The notes: a model not told the origin generated them from the letters alone. A stretch of 64,000 nt of DNA from Gammaproteobacteria bacterium (GCA_963662355.1 OY759361.1:615834-679833); one strand, 5' to 3'; positions 37,842 to 50,987 are shown, numbered from the stretch's first letter. A program made the numbers and translations.

Positions 37842-38981
37842 ATGGACGACCTGGCCAGGGCGCTCGACAAGCTGCAGGCCAAACACCTACTGCGCACCCG
37901 CAGTACCCGCAGCTCCGCCCAGCAGATCGAACCGGTCATCGACGGCAGGAAAGTGCTGTCGTTCTGCAGCAACGACTACCTCGGCCTGGCCAACCACCCC
38001 GGCATCATCGAACGCTACGTCCAGGCTGCCCGTGAACACGGTGTGGGCAGCGGCGCCTCGCACCTCATCACCGGACACCACCGCAGCCACCAGGCCCTGG
38101 AAGAGGAGCTGGCTGAATTCATGGGGTGCGAGCGGGCCCTGCTGTTTTCCACGGGGTATATGGCGAACCTGGGCGTCGTCAGTGCGCTTGCGGGCCGCGC
38201 GTCCACGGTGTTCGAAGACCGGCTCAACCATGCCTCGCTGATCGATGCGGCCATGCTGACCCGGGGTCGGCTGGAACGCTACGGCCATCTGGACATGGAC
38301 GAGCTGCAGCACAAACTGACGGCTGCATCTGAACGCTCCAGGCTGATCGCAAGCGACGGCGTGTTCAGCATGGACGGGACCGTCACACCGGTGGACGCGC
38401 TGCAGGAACTGGCGAGCACGCATGATGCCTGGCTGGTCATCGACGATGCCCATGGCATCGGTGTGGTCGGTGAGCATGGAAAGGGCTGTACGGAGGGCCG
38501 GCTGGCGCACGACATCGTCGTAGTGGGCACCCTGGGGAAGGCGTTTGGCCTATTCGGCGCCTTTGCCACGGGTTCGCGGGATGTCATCGAATGGTGCCTG
38601 CAGCGGGCCAGAAGCTACGTCTACACCACGGCGCTGCCGCCTTCACTGGCGGAAGCGGCGCGGGCCGCCTTGCAATTGGTCCGTGAGGAGTCCTGGCGCC
38701 GGGAAAAGCTGCGGGCCCTGATCACGTATTTCCGAACGTGCGCAGACCAGACAGGCCTGCCCGTGACCCCATCGGAAACGCCTATACAGCCGTTGATCCT
38801 AGGCTCGCCGCTGACAGCCCTCGAGGCCAGCCGGAGCCTGCTGGACGAAGGAATCCTGGTCCCGGCCATTCGCCCGCCGACCGTGGCCCGCCATCAGGCC
38901 CGCCTGCGGGTGACGTTCTCCGCTGCGCACACCGAGACACATGTCGACCGGCTGATCGAAGCCCTCGTGAAGGCCGCATGA
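37842..38981 (+). CDS. bioF: 8-amino-7-oxononanoate synthase
   Basis: PLP-dependent acyltransferase: FCSNDYLGLANHP, DDAHGIGVVG and the Lys region GTLGKAFG. Confidence 0.9.
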   Translation: MDDLARALDKLQAKHLLRTRSTRSSAQQIEPVIDGRKVLSFCSNDYLGLANHPGIIERYVQAAREHGVGSGASHLITGHHRSHQALEEELAEFMGCERALLFSTGYMANLGVVSALAGRASTVFEDRLNHASLIDAAMLTRGRLERYGHLDMDELQHKLTAASERSRLIASDGVFSMDGTVTPVDALQELASTHDAWLVIDDAHGIGVVGEHGKGCTEGRLAHDIVVVGTLGKAFGLFGAFATGSRDVIEWCLQRARSYVYTTALPPSLAEAARAALQLVREESWRREKLRALITYFRTCADQTGLPVTPSETPIQPLILGSPLTALEASRSLLDEGILVPAIRPPTVARHQARLRVTFSAAHTETHVDRLIEALVKAA

Positions 38982-39171
38982 CCCACCATCTTCGCATTCG
39001 AGGTGGTATCAGGAAGGAGTTACCTCCAATCGAAAAATTTCACATAATCATCATGATATTGCCCATATAAATCACACTACGTTTACAGCGCATGGTAAGA
39101 TTTGCAAATAAGAAAAAAAGAGGCTAACCTATCTCATACTCCAAATTGGTAGTCAATAAGAGGTATTCGCT

Positions 39172-40596
39172 ATGGCAAGTCGTGCGTGTGAGCGGTGTTT
39201 GGGTTTCGTCTTCTTGCTACTTGCTTCCACGCTCGTGATCGCAGAAGAGCAGACAGTAGCCGATGAGAACAGGGAATTGCGCCAGCGCATCGAGCACCTG
39301 GAGCAGGAACTGGCAAAAGCCCGGGAGAGGCTTGCCGAGGTGGATTCCCAGGAAGAGGGTGAGGTACAACCGGTTGCTCTCGAGGAGCCGGAACCACCAA
39401 AACAACGTCCGGTCCGGATCGGCGGCGCCCTGGGCATACACTACGCATACGGCGATTATGAACATGACGGCTCCTTTGCACGCCGCAACGAAGACCTGGG
39501 AGACGTGGATCTTGATATCTTCCGCCTGAACGCCGATATCGAGTCCGGCAACTTCATCGGCAGAATCGAGTACCGGTGGTATGACCCGTACAGCATGATG
39601 CACACGGCGTGGCTGGGATACGATTCGGAGCAGTACGGCACGTTCAAGGCGGGTATCGTTCGCGTTCCCTTCGGTCCGGGACCGTGGGGGGTGTCCACCA
39701 GTTGGTTCTTTGACCAGCATTATTACGTCGGGCTTTCCGATGACATGGACCTGGGGGTCCGGTGGACCAAGTCCTATGGAGACCTGACCGTGGATGTTGC
39801 CTACTACGTTGAGGACGAAGGGGAGTGGGACGGAACCAGTCGTGACAGCACACGCTACAGCTATGACCTGGTGACGTGGGATGAGCAGACCTACTATGAG
39901 GGTGAGTTGGACTCAGAGGGTGTGGCCCGGTCAGAGGGTGACGTCAAGTGGGGCGAAGGGGAAAGCGGGTTTGAGGAAGACGGTCAATTGAACCTGCGGG
40001 TACTCTACGCGACGGAAAACCTCGGGACCCTGGGAGCCTCCTTTCAATACGGCTGGCTGAAGGGGAAAAACGTGGACGACAGTGGTGCAGACCATTACGC
40101 GATCTCCGCCCACGCCGAGAATTCGTTTGGAAATTTCACGCTTGCATCACAGATTTCCTACTACAAGTACGACATTACCGACGATACACCGTGGGGAACC
40201 GGCGACCTGATCCCCATGGGGGCGTTCAACTTTGCCTGGCCCGTGGCATCCGAGGGCTGGGTACCTGCCTTATCCCTTCGATACAACGGCATCGACACGT
40301 CAGGCATCCCGTGGCTTGATAGCGTTATGCCCTACCTTGAGTGGAGCTCCATCCTGAAAGAGCGAAGCGATTTCAATGACAGCACCCTGTGGACACTGGG
40401 CGCCCTATGGTACTGGGGCAACCTGTATATCTATACCGATCTTGGGATCTCCGACGGCAATTATTTCGTCGGTGACAAGGGTGACAGCTACAGCAACATC
40501 TATGATGGCGTCGGCGACTTCGGCGCCAACGGCAATGACAGGTGGAAGAAGCGATTCAACATCAATGCCCGGTATTATTTCAGCCTGTTCCAGTAG
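39172..40596 (+). CDS. Putative outer-membrane porin with an N-terminal coiled-coil segment
   Basis: Signal peptide (FVFLLLASTLVIAEE), heptad-like ENRELRQRIEHLEQELAKARERLAE, then about 400 aa rich in aromatic/Gly alternating strands, ending ...NARYYFSLFQ. The family is not identified. Confidence 0.55.
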   Translation: MASRACERCLGFVFLLLASTLVIAEEQTVADENRELRQRIEHLEQELAKARERLAEVDSQEEGEVQPVALEEPEPPKQRPVRIGGALGIHYAYGDYEHDGSFARRNEDLGDVDLDIFRLNADIESGNFIGRIEYRWYDPYSMMHTAWLGYDSEQYGTFKAGIVRVPFGPGPWGVSTSWFFDQHYYVGLSDDMDLGVRWTKSYGDLTVDVAYYVEDEGEWDGTSRDSTRYSYDLVTWDEQTYYEGELDSEGVARSEGDVKWGEGESGFEEDGQLNLRVLYATENLGTLGASFQYGWLKGKNVDDSGADHYAISAHAENSFGNFTLASQISYYKYDITDDTPWGTGDLIPMGAFNFAWPVASEGWVPALSLRYNGIDTSGIPWLDSVMPYLEWSSILKERSDFNDSTLWTLGALWYWGNLYIYTDLGISDGNYFVGDKGDSYSNIYDGVGDFGANGNDRWKKRFNINARYYFSLFQ

Positions 40597-40750
40597 CCAT
40601 CAAGTAGACGGGAACGACCGAGGCCCGTCACCCCGTGTGCACCGCCAGACAGGGCAATGCCGAAAACAGCCCGTCCGGCTGTCGGGAAGAGTAAACGAGC
40701 ACTCGGCCTGCAGTATAATGAGACCGTGTCGTCAACGGGGGGAGTGAACA

Positions 40751-42352
40751 ATGTACAAGAAAGAAATGGCATACCAAGACATCGGTGTCTTGCAGCGGAA
40801 ATTCCGGGACGGTCGCATCAGCCGCCGTGACTTTCTCAAGGCCGTGGGTGCCCTTGGCATCTCGGCAGTGGGGGCCCAGGCCTACCTGGCATCCTCCAGT
40901 GCGCTCGCAGCGACGCCGCGCAAGGGCGGAACAGCGATCTTCGCCAACAACATTCACGGGCCGGATGACCAGATGGACCCGATCGTTTTCTCTTCGGGTA
41001 TCGATTACGCGCGGGGACGGGCCACCTACAACGGTCTGATCCAGATCCTCGACAACATGTCCCTGCATCCGGAACTTGCCGAGGAATGGAGTTCCAACCA
41101 GGACGCCACCGAATACACCTTCAAGCTCCGCAAAGGTGTTGAATTCCACGATGGGTCCCCGCTGACGGCAGATGACGTCGTATGGAGCATGAACCGTCAC
41201 CTGGGCGAGGAGTCGCCCTCGGTGATCAAGGCGTTCTTCGGGTCGATCGTTCAATGGCGGAAAGTTGATAGCCATACCGTCAAGGCCGAACTCAGTTCCC
41301 CTGACTCCGACCTGCCAATCAAGCTTGGCGAAAAACAGGCCAAGATCGTCAAGCAGGATACCGCAGACTTCCGCACGGGCAACGGAACCGGCCCCTATGT
41401 TCTCGATTCGTTTGAACCTGGCGTCCGCTCACTGCATTCCCGCAATCCGAACTACTGGCGGGACGGGCCGAACTTCGATGCCCTGGAAATCACCGCGATC
41501 ACGGACCCGATTGCGCGCGTCAATGCACTTATTGCCGGGGACGTGCACCTTATCGCTTCGGTCGATTCCAGAAGTGTTGCACTGGTTGAAAAATCCGAAG
41601 GCGTACATATCAAGTCGACACCGTCCGGTCGCTACGGCGGCTTCTGCTGCCTCAAGAATACCCCGCCCGGAGAGAATGATGATTTCGTAAAGGGAATGCA
41701 ATACATCCAGGACCGCGAACGCATTGTCCGGTCCATTCTCAAGGGGCATGGTCAGGTCGGTAACGACCACCCGATATCCCCCGCCTACGGAGCAGATCAC
41801 TGCTCGGAATTGCCGCAACGCCCCTACGATCCGGACAAGGCAAAGTGGCATCTGGAAAAGTCAGGCTATTCGTCGGCCGAACTCTTCGTGGCACCGGTAG
41901 GCGTCGGAATCGTGGAAGCCAGTCTGCTGATGCAGGCGAACCTCAAGAAAATCGGTTTTGACCTTTCCATCAAACAGGTCCCGGCTGACGGGTACTGGGG
42001 TGCGGTGTGGATGAAGGAGCCGATGAATGCGGTGGCCTGGAACATGCGCCCGACCGCAAATTCGATGCTTGCGATCCAGTTCGCACCCGGTGCGAAGTGG
42101 AATGACACGTTCTGGAACAATGAGCGGTTTGGCCAATTGCTGCAGATGCAGCTCGCCGAGACCGACCCCGCCAGGCGCCATGAGATGCTCTGTGAAATGC
42201 AGACCCTCGTCCACGAAAGCAGCGGTATCGTAGTTCCCTACCACGTCAACATCCTCGATGGCGTGAGCGACAAGATCCATGGCATTCCGACCGTCCCTCT
42301 GGGCGCACTAGGCGACTACGAGTGGGTCGAATTCGCCTGGATGAGTGAGTGA
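40751..42352 (+). CDS. ABC substrate-binding protein, family 5 (peptide/nickel/opine type) with a Tat-like signal
   Basis: RISRRDFLKAVGALGISAVGAQAYLASSSALA twin-arginine leader. 533 aa with the family-5 layout. Confidence 0.85.
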   Translation: MYKKEMAYQDIGVLQRKFRDGRISRRDFLKAVGALGISAVGAQAYLASSSALAATPRKGGTAIFANNIHGPDDQMDPIVFSSGIDYARGRATYNGLIQILDNMSLHPELAEEWSSNQDATEYTFKLRKGVEFHDGSPLTADDVVWSMNRHLGEESPSVIKAFFGSIVQWRKVDSHTVKAELSSPDSDLPIKLGEKQAKIVKQDTADFRTGNGTGPYVLDSFEPGVRSLHSRNPNYWRDGPNFDALEITAITDPIARVNALIAGDVHLIASVDSRSVALVEKSEGVHIKSTPSGRYGGFCCLKNTPPGENDDFVKGMQYIQDRERIVRSILKGHGQVGNDHPISPAYGADHCSELPQRPYDPDKAKWHLEKSGYSSAELFVAPVGVGIVEASLLMQANLKKIGFDLSIKQVPADGYWGAVWMKEPMNAVAWNMRPTANSMLAIQFAPGAKWNDTFWNNERFGQLLQMQLAETDPARRHEMLCEMQTLVHESSGIVVPYHVNILDGVSDKIHGIPTVPLGALGDYEWVEFAWMSE

Positions 42353-42443
42353 GCCCGGTCACGAACCGTGAACAGCTCTGCCTGGCGATCCCAGCATGGT
42401 TGACCGGAGACACTGAACTCTTTGCAGGTCACTGTGACCTGCC

Positions 42444-43412
42444 ATGCTGATCAAGGCTGTCCTGCGCCGGACCGTTTCCGGCCTGGTCACGCTGATTGTG
42501 GTGTCGGTGCTGATCTTTGTGGGGACCAGTGTCCTTCCGGGTGACGTAGCCAACATCATTCTGGGCCAAATGGCCACGCCGGAATCCCTCGCGGCCCTTC
42601 GCAGCAAACTCGGTCTCGATCAGCCGGCCTATCTGCGCTATTTCCTGTGGCTGGGTGACATACTGTCCGGCGATCTGGGAATTTCGAAGGCCGGTTCCGG
42701 TTCCGGGACTATCGGCACACCCATCTCCGAGATCATCGCCCCGCGGGTGGTGCACACCATGCGCCTTGCCGGTATCGTGGCGGTCATCGCCATTCCGCTT
42801 TCCATGGGCCTGGGACTGCTTGCCGCCATGTACCCCGGATCCCGCCTGGACCGGACCATCACCTTCACAACCCTCGGCCTCATATCCGTGCCGGAATTCC
42901 TGGTCGCAACCTTCCTGGTATTGATCGTGGCCGTGTACCTGGGTTGGCTCCCGGCAACGGCCTATGTCAGCGGAACGGAAACCGGCTTGAAACTGTTCAG
43001 GGCTCTGGCCATGCCGACCCTGACCCTGGTGATCGTCGCGTCCTCACAGATCATGCGCATGACCCGTGCAACGGTACTCAACGTCATGAGTTCCCCCTAC
43101 ATCGAGATGGCGATTCTCAAGGGAATTCCGCGAAAGCGGATCATCCTGCGGCATGCGCTGTTCAATGCCCTGGGGCCGATCATCAACGTGATTGCCCTGA
43201 ACCTGGCTTACCTGGTGAGCGGCGTTGTCATTATCGAGACCATCTTTTCCTATCCCGGCCTGGCCAAGCTGATGGTCGATGCCGTCAGAACCCGCGACCT
43301 GCCCCTCGTGCAGGCCTGCGCCATGATCTTTTGCGCCGTGTACATTGTCCTGATCTTCATTGCCGACCTGGCCTCGATTCTGTCAAACCCCAGGCTTAGG
43401 CATCCGAAATGA
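42444..43412 (+). CDS. ABC permease, DppB/OppB type
   Basis: 322-aa polytopic protein with the typical N-terminus MLIKAVLRRTVSGLVTLIVVSVLIF and a permease EAA-loop region. Confidence 0.9.
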   Translation: MLIKAVLRRTVSGLVTLIVVSVLIFVGTSVLPGDVANIILGQMATPESLAALRSKLGLDQPAYLRYFLWLGDILSGDLGISKAGSGSGTIGTPISEIIAPRVVHTMRLAGIVAVIAIPLSMGLGLLAAMYPGSRLDRTITFTTLGLISVPEFLVATFLVLIVAVYLGWLPATAYVSGTETGLKLFRALAMPTLTLVIVASSQIMRMTRATVLNVMSSPYIEMAILKGIPRKRIILRHALFNALGPIINVIALNLAYLVSGVVIIETIFSYPGLAKLMVDAVRTRDLPLVQACAMIFCAVYIVLIFIADLASILSNPRLRHPK

Positions 43413-44356
43413 ACATCCCCGTATCAAACGAATCTGGATCGAAAACCGTTGCGGACGGGTTCCGGGAACTGCCGGATGCCCCGCAGCGTCGCAGGGTCCG
43501 GCTCTCCTGGGCCGGCAAGGCAGGCGTCATCGTGGTCATGTTCTGGATGACCATGGTGGTCATTGGCCCCCTGATCGCTCCCTTTCACGAGGCGGAATTC
43601 CTGGACGAATCACTGTTTATCGTACCCGGGAGCGATGTCCTCTATCCTGAAATCGACTTCCGCTCACCGGGCAACATCGCGTACCTGGGCACGGACTACC
43701 TGGGTCGGGATACGCTCTCACGGCTGCTCTATGGTGCCCGCACAACGATCGGGATTTCGCTGATCTCCACCTTGCTGGCCTACCTCATCGGCGTCACGCT
43801 GGGCATTGCGGCCGCGGCCGGGGGGACTATCCTTGACAGTACGCTCAGCCGGCTCAACGATGCGATACTGTCGATGCCGACCATCATGCTGGGTATGGTC
43901 GTGATCTCCGCATTTGGCAGCACCATCCCCATCCTCATCACACTCACGGGGTTGATTTACGCCTCCAGCGTATTCCGGATTGCACGCGCCTTCGGAATGG
44001 ACATCATGGTCAGCGATTTTGTCGACGCTGCACGGGTACGCGGCGAGGGCCTCGGATGGGTCATCCGCCAGGAGGTCCTGCCCAACATGATCCTGCCGAT
44101 GGCGACGGATTTCGGCCTGCGTTTCGTCTATATCATTCTTTTCATCTCGAGCCTGAGCTTTCTTGGCCTGGGCGTACAGCCTCCACAATCCGACTGGGGC
44201 AGCATGGTGAGGGAAAATCTCGCAGGCCTGCCCTACGGTGCTATTGCTCCCCTGATCCCGGCGCTGGCCATCGCGTCGCTGACCGTTGCAATCAACATGA
44301 TTATCGACGATGTGTCCGCCCATTCCGGCGGCAAGCTTGCCGAGAGAATGATCTGA
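43409..44356 (+). CDS. ABC permease, DppC/OppC type
   Basis: 315 aa. Its start overlaps the upstream permease stop by 4 nt. The YLGTDYLGRD block is typical of OppC/DppC. Confidence 0.9.
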   Translation: MNIPVSNESGSKTVADGFRELPDAPQRRRVRLSWAGKAGVIVVMFWMTMVVIGPLIAPFHEAEFLDESLFIVPGSDVLYPEIDFRSPGNIAYLGTDYLGRDTLSRLLYGARTTIGISLISTLLAYLIGVTLGIAAAAGGTILDSTLSRLNDAILSMPTIMLGMVVISAFGSTIPILITLTGLIYASSVFRIARAFGMDIMVSDFVDAARVRGEGLGWVIRQEVLPNMILPMATDFGLRFVYIILFISSLSFLGLGVQPPQSDWGSMVRENLAGLPYGAIAPLIPALAIASLTVAINMIIDDVSAHSGGKLAERMI

Positions 44357-46173
44357 TGGCCCCACTCCTGGAAGTCGACAGCCTGGTCATTGATGCGCGC
44401 ACCGACGAAGGCAGGCTTCTCCCAATCGTCAAGGACGTAAGTTTCAAGCTGGACCGCGGCGAGGTCCTGGCATTGATTGGCGAGTCGGGTTCGGGCAAGA
44501 CCACGCTGGCATTGTCTGCCCTGGGCTACGCCAAGCCAGGGCTGGAGTTCAGCACCGGTGAAGTCCGGCTCGACGGGGCCGATATCCTTGCCATGCCACC
44601 GGATGAGAAGCGGCAGCTTCGCGGGCAACGGGTGGCGTACCTTGCACAAAGTGCTGCCGCCTCCTTCAACCCGGCGCTGACCATCGGCGAACAGGTGACC
44701 GAATCCGCGGTGCTCCAGGGGCGCCTGACACAGGACGAGGCGGACCGGCGTGCAGCCGACCTCTATCGTGCCCTCGACCTGCCGGACCCGGATCGCCTCG
44801 GCAGGCGTTACCCCCACCAGGTTTCAGGCGGCCAGCTGCAGCGCCTCATGGCCGCGATGGCCCTGTGCGGCAAACCTGACCTGCTTGTCCTGGATGAGCC
44901 GACCACCGCACTGGACGTGACCACGCAGATCGAGGTGCTCAAGTCATTCAAGGCCGTGATCCGCCAGGAAGGCGCCGCCGCACTGTATGTCACCCATGAT
45001 CTTTCCGTGGTGGCACAGATTGCCGATCGTATCGCCGTGCTCTATTCCGGAGAAATCGAGGAATACGGCACCGTCGATGAGATTCTCAACCGGCCTGGCC
45101 ATGAGTACACTCGCCGGCTCATGGCCGCCGTGCGCCCACCCCCGGCGGCAGGCCAGGGCGAGGCTGTTCATACAGAATTTCGACAGGATACCCCTGCGCT
45201 GGAAGTGAAAAACGTTTCGGCAGGGTACGGGATAAAGCATGATACGGACAAGATTCTTCGCGACGTGGATATCACGGTCGAACACGGTCACTCACTGGGC
45301 GTGATCGGCGAGTCCGGTTGCGGCAAATCGACACTTGCCCGGGTCATTTCGGGACTGCTCCCTGCCATGCTGGGCTATGTGCTCCTCGACGGCCAATCAC
45401 TGCAACCGAACCTCAAGCGGCGCACTCGCAAGGAACTTCAAAAGATCCAGTTCGTTTTTCAGATGGCGGATACCGCGCTTAACCCGCGACACCGGATTGG
45501 TCACATCCTGGGCCGGCCGCTCGAATTTTACTTCAGGCTCTCCGGTGTCGAAAAAAGACAGCGCATTGCCGAGTTGCTGCGCATGGTCGAACTCCCTGCG
45601 GACTTTGCCGGGCGGTATCCTGATGAGCTGTCAGGCGGCCAGAAACAGCGCGTCAACCTGGCGCGTGCGCTCGCTGCCTCACCCGATATTCTGCTGTGCG
45701 ACGAGGTCATCTCGGCGCTCGATACGATCATTGGTGCGAGCGTGATTGAGTTGCTTTCCAGGCTTCGCAGGCAAACCGGCGTCTCCTTTGTTTTCATCAG
45801 CCACGACCTTTCGACCGTCGCATCCTTTGCCGACGACATCGTCGTACTGTATGCCGGGCGAGTGGTGGAAAAAGGGACGACGGACCGGGTGCTGTCTCCT
45901 CCCTATCACCCCTACACCCGCCTGCTGATCTCCTCGGTTCCGGAACTTCGCATCGGCTGGCTGGAAGAGACGATGGAGACACGTGAAGCCAAGGCCGGTA
46001 TCGATCAGGTCGTTGAGATCACTGACACAGGCTGTCCTTTCTTCAGCCGCTGCCCGCTCGCCATTGCGGGCACCTGCGACCAGGTGCTGCCCCCGCTCAG
46101 GGACCTGGGTCACGGCCATCTGATCGAGTGCCACCGCACCGAGGAAGAATTCCGGACCGGGTCCTTTCCCTGA
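44356..46173 (+). CDS. Fused double ATP-binding-cassette protein (DppD-DppF type)
   Basis: Start trimmed to MAPLLEVDSL (ATG 44356, sharing one nt with the upstream TGA). Two Walker A sites (GESGSGKTT, GESGCGKST) and two signature motifs (VSGGQLQR, LSGGQKQR). Confidence 0.9.
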   Translation: MAPLLEVDSLVIDARTDEGRLLPIVKDVSFKLDRGEVLALIGESGSGKTTLALSALGYAKPGLEFSTGEVRLDGADILAMPPDEKRQLRGQRVAYLAQSAAASFNPALTIGEQVTESAVLQGRLTQDEADRRAADLYRALDLPDPDRLGRRYPHQVSGGQLQRLMAAMALCGKPDLLVLDEPTTALDVTTQIEVLKSFKAVIRQEGAAALYVTHDLSVVAQIADRIAVLYSGEIEEYGTVDEILNRPGHEYTRRLMAAVRPPPAAGQGEAVHTEFRQDTPALEVKNVSAGYGIKHDTDKILRDVDITVEHGHSLGVIGESGCGKSTLARVISGLLPAMLGYVLLDGQSLQPNLKRRTRKELQKIQFVFQMADTALNPRHRIGHILGRPLEFYFRLSGVEKRQRIAELLRMVELPADFAGRYPDELSGGQKQRVNLARALAASPDILLCDEVISALDTIIGASVIELLSRLRRQTGVSFVFISHDLSTVASFADDIVVLYAGRVVEKGTTDRVLSPPYHPYTRLLISSVPELRIGWLEETMETREAKAGIDQVVEITDTGCPFFSRCPLAIAGTCDQVLPPLRDLGHGHLIECHRTEEEFRTGSFP

Positions 46174-46208
46174 TCGCGGCACGACCCGCCCACAGCCGGG
46201 GCATTACA

Positions 46209-46241
46209 CCCGAGGTCCTTGGACGCACAAAGGGCCTCGGG
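46209..46241 (+). terminator. Hairpin after the ABC ATPase gene (CCGAGG...CCTCGG)
   Basis: Imperfect GC stem about 35 nt after the stop, followed by GGTTTC. Weak. Confidence 0.3.
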
Positions 46242-46297
46242 GGTTTCAGGGAGTGCGAACGGCATCAAGTCATTCCCTAATCTGGTAAACTTGGGGC

Positions 46298-47554
46298 ATG
46301 TCTCTTGCCAACAAAAACATTCTGCTCGGTGTCACCGGGGGCATCGCCGCCTACAAGAGCGCAGAACTCGTGCGCGAACTGGTCCAGTCCGGCGCCCGGG
46401 TGCGCGTGGCAATGACCCTCAAGGCCCGGGAATTCATCACGCCGCTGACCTTTCAGGCCCTGTCCGGTCAACCCGTTGCCACCGATGAGTTCGATGCTTC
46501 ACAGGCGGCTCACGGCATGGACCACATTGCCCTGGCCCGCTGGGCCGATGCGGTCCTGATTGCCCCGGCCAGTGCTAACACGATCGCCAAGCTTGCCCAC
46601 GGCAGGGCGGACGACCTGCTGAGCACCGTCTGCCTGGCAACCCGGGCGCCGGTTGCCCTGGCGCCGGCGATGAACCAGGCCATGTGGTCCAATGCTGCCA
46701 CACACAGTAATTGCGAAACCCTGAAAAAGCGCGGGGTTCGGCTGCTGGGGCCGGCCTCAGGCAGCCAGGCGTGCGGAGATGTGGGCGAGGGGCGGATGTT
46801 CGAAGCGCACCAGTTGCTGCTTTCACTTGCCAACCTGTTCAGCACCGGTGAGCTTGAGGGACTCAATATACTGATTACTGCCGGCCCTACTCGTGAGCCC
46901 ATTGATCCGGTGCGCTATATCAGCAACCGCAGTTCGGGGCGTATGGGCTACGCACTGGCTGAAGCCGCGCGCGATGCCGGGGCCACGGTGGAACTGATTT
47001 CCGGGCCGGTGGCCCTGCAGGCTGGTGAGGACATCCGGTGTGTGCACGTCAACACCGCACAGGAAATGCTGGCTGCCGTGCACGATGCCATCGAACGCCA
47101 GCACATCTTTATCGGCTGTGCGGCCGTTGCGGATTACCGGCCAGTTTCCAGAGAGCCCGAAAAAATCAAGAAACTGCATGCCGGCCTGTCGCTGCCCCTG
47201 ACGCGCAACCCGGATATCATTTCGCAGGTCGCCCAGCTCGAGGATCGCCCCTTTGTCGTAGGGTTTGCCGCGGAATCCCGGGAAGCTGAAAAACATGCCC
47301 TGCAGAAGCTTGCTCGCAAGCACCTCGACATGATCGCCTGCAATGACATTACCGACCCCCGGTCGGGCTTCGACAGCGAGGAGAATGCGCTGGAAGTCTA
47401 TTGGCCGGATGGACACAGCTCGCTGGAGCATGATACAAAACCCAGGATCGCGCGCAGCCTGGTCAGCCTGATCGCAAAACGATACGCCAGCCTGCACAAA
47501 CGGGGCAATGTCACAATCCTTAAAAAAGTCAAAGACAGAAGTCAGACTTCTTGA
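46298..47554 (+). CDS. coaBC: Bifunctional phosphopantothenoylcysteine decarboxylase / phosphopantothenate-cysteine ligase
   Basis: [14 protein letters not shown] flavoprotein N-domain and [25 protein letters not shown] CoaB domain. Confidence 0.95.
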   Translation: MSLANKNILLGVTGGIAAYKSAELVRELVQSGARVRVAMTLKAREFITPLTFQALSGQPVATDEFDASQAAHGMDHIALARWADAVLIAPASANTIAKLAHGRADDLLSTVCLATRAPVALAPAMNQAMWSNAATHSNCETLKKRGVRLLGPASGSQACGDVGEGRMFEAHQLLLSLANLFSTGELEGLNILITAGPTREPIDPVRYISNRSSGRMGYALAEAARDAGATVELISGPVALQAGEDIRCVHVNTAQEMLAAVHDAIERQHIFIGCAAVADYRPVSREPEKIKKLHAGLSLPLTRNPDIISQVAQLEDRPFVVGFAAESREAEKHALQKLARKHLDMIACNDITDPRSGFDSEENALEVYWPDGHSSLEHDTKPRIARSLVSLIAKRYASLHKRGNVTILKKVKDRSQTS

Positions 47555-47981
47555 TGATCGCATTGGCAAGGAGATCCCCCTTCCTGCCTACGCCACCCCC
47601 GGTTCAGCGGGAATGGACCTGCGTGCCTGCCTGCAGGCGCCCGTATGCCTGCAACCCGGTGAGACGGTCCTGATCCCGACCGGGATCTCGATCCATATCC
47701 ACGACCCGAACCTGGCTGCCACGATCCTGCCGCGCTCCGGGCTGGGCCATAAACACGGAATCGTGCTGGGGAACCTGGTGGGCCTGATCGATTCCGACTA
47801 TCAGGGCCCCCTGATGGTCTCCCTGTGGAACCGCAGCACTCGCCCCTTTGAAGTGAACATAGGAGACCGTATTGCACAACTGGTCATGGTGCCGGTCGTC
47901 CAGACGGAATTCGAGATCGTGGAGGAATTTACCGCTTCGGACCGTGGCACCGGAGGGTTCGGCCACTCCGGAGTCACATAA
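47508..47981 (+). CDS. dut: dUTP diphosphatase
   Basis: [26 protein letters not shown] and [11 protein letters not shown]. The only in-frame start I could find is the ATG at 47508. Confidence 0.9.
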   Translation: MSQSLKKSKTEVRLLDDRIGKEIPLPAYATPGSAGMDLRACLQAPVCLQPGETVLIPTGISIHIHDPNLAATILPRSGLGHKHGIVLGNLVGLIDSDYQGPLMVSLWNRSTRPFEVNIGDRIAQLVMVPVVQTEFEIVEEFTASDRGTGGFGHSGVT

Positions 47982-48001
47982 GGCACGAACCGGTTATCCT
48001 G

Positions 48002-50310
<2,309 letters not shown>

Positions 50311-50330
50311 ACAGGGGCGGGTCAAGACGA

Positions 50331-50987
50331 TCAGGCTTCGTACTGGCTCGCATATTCACGAACCCGGGCGATGGGTTCACGATACCTGGAGTCAAATCCT
50401 GCATACTTGATCAGGTCCTGGACGTTCGCCACGGCAATGACCTCGATTCCGTGTTGCTGACTGACCTCCTCTATCGCGGACAGTCCCTTCGTGGTCCCCC
50501 ACTCCATGCGGTCAAAGGCAATGACCAGCCCCAGCGGCTCGGCTCCGTGCTCTCGGATGATTGCGATGGACTCCCGCACGGCAGTTCCCGCCGTGATGAC
50601 GTCATCCACGATCAGCACCTTGCCTTGCAGGGGAGCCCCGATCAACTTCCCGGAATCCCCGTAGGACTTGGTCTCCTTGCGGTTGAACGCGTAGGGGAAA
50701 TTGACGCAGTGCCGACTCGACATGGCGGTGGCGACCGATGCCACCAGCGGTATGCCCTTGTAGGCCGGCCCGAACAGCATGTCGGCATGGATATCCGCCT
50801 GGATAATGGCCTGGGCATAAAACCGGCTTAACCTGTCTAGCGACTGGCCATCGTTGAACAACCCGGTATTGAAAAAATACGGTGCTACCCGTCCGGACTT
50901 GAGCGTGAACTCTCCGAACTGGATGACTTTCTTTTCAATCGCAAACTGTATGAATTCCTGACTGTTCTTCATGTACTGACGGATCAT
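50331..50987 (-). CDS. pyrE: Orotate phosphoribosyltransferase
   Basis: FGEFTLKSGRVAPYFFN and the PRPP loop VLIVDDVITAGTA. The start is either MIRQY (50987) or MKNSQ (50972). Confidence 0.9.
   Translation of the reverse strand: MIRQYMKNSQEFIQFAIEKKVIQFGEFTLKSGRVAPYFFNTGLFNDGQSLDRLSRFYAQAIIQADIHADMLFGPAYKGIPLVASVATAMSSRHCVNFPYAFNRKETKSYGDSGKLIGAPLQGKVLIVDDVITAGTAVRESIAIIREHGAEPLGLVIAFDRMEWGTTKGLSAIEEVSQQHGIEVIAVANVQDLIKYAGFDSRYREPIARVREYASQYEA

Noticed and set aside
44056-44355. 100-codon N-terminal extension of the fused ABC ATPase ORF
   Set aside because: It overlaps the 3' end of the DppC-type permease gene. The conserved ATPase N-terminus begins at MAPLLEVD (44356) with stop-start coupling.
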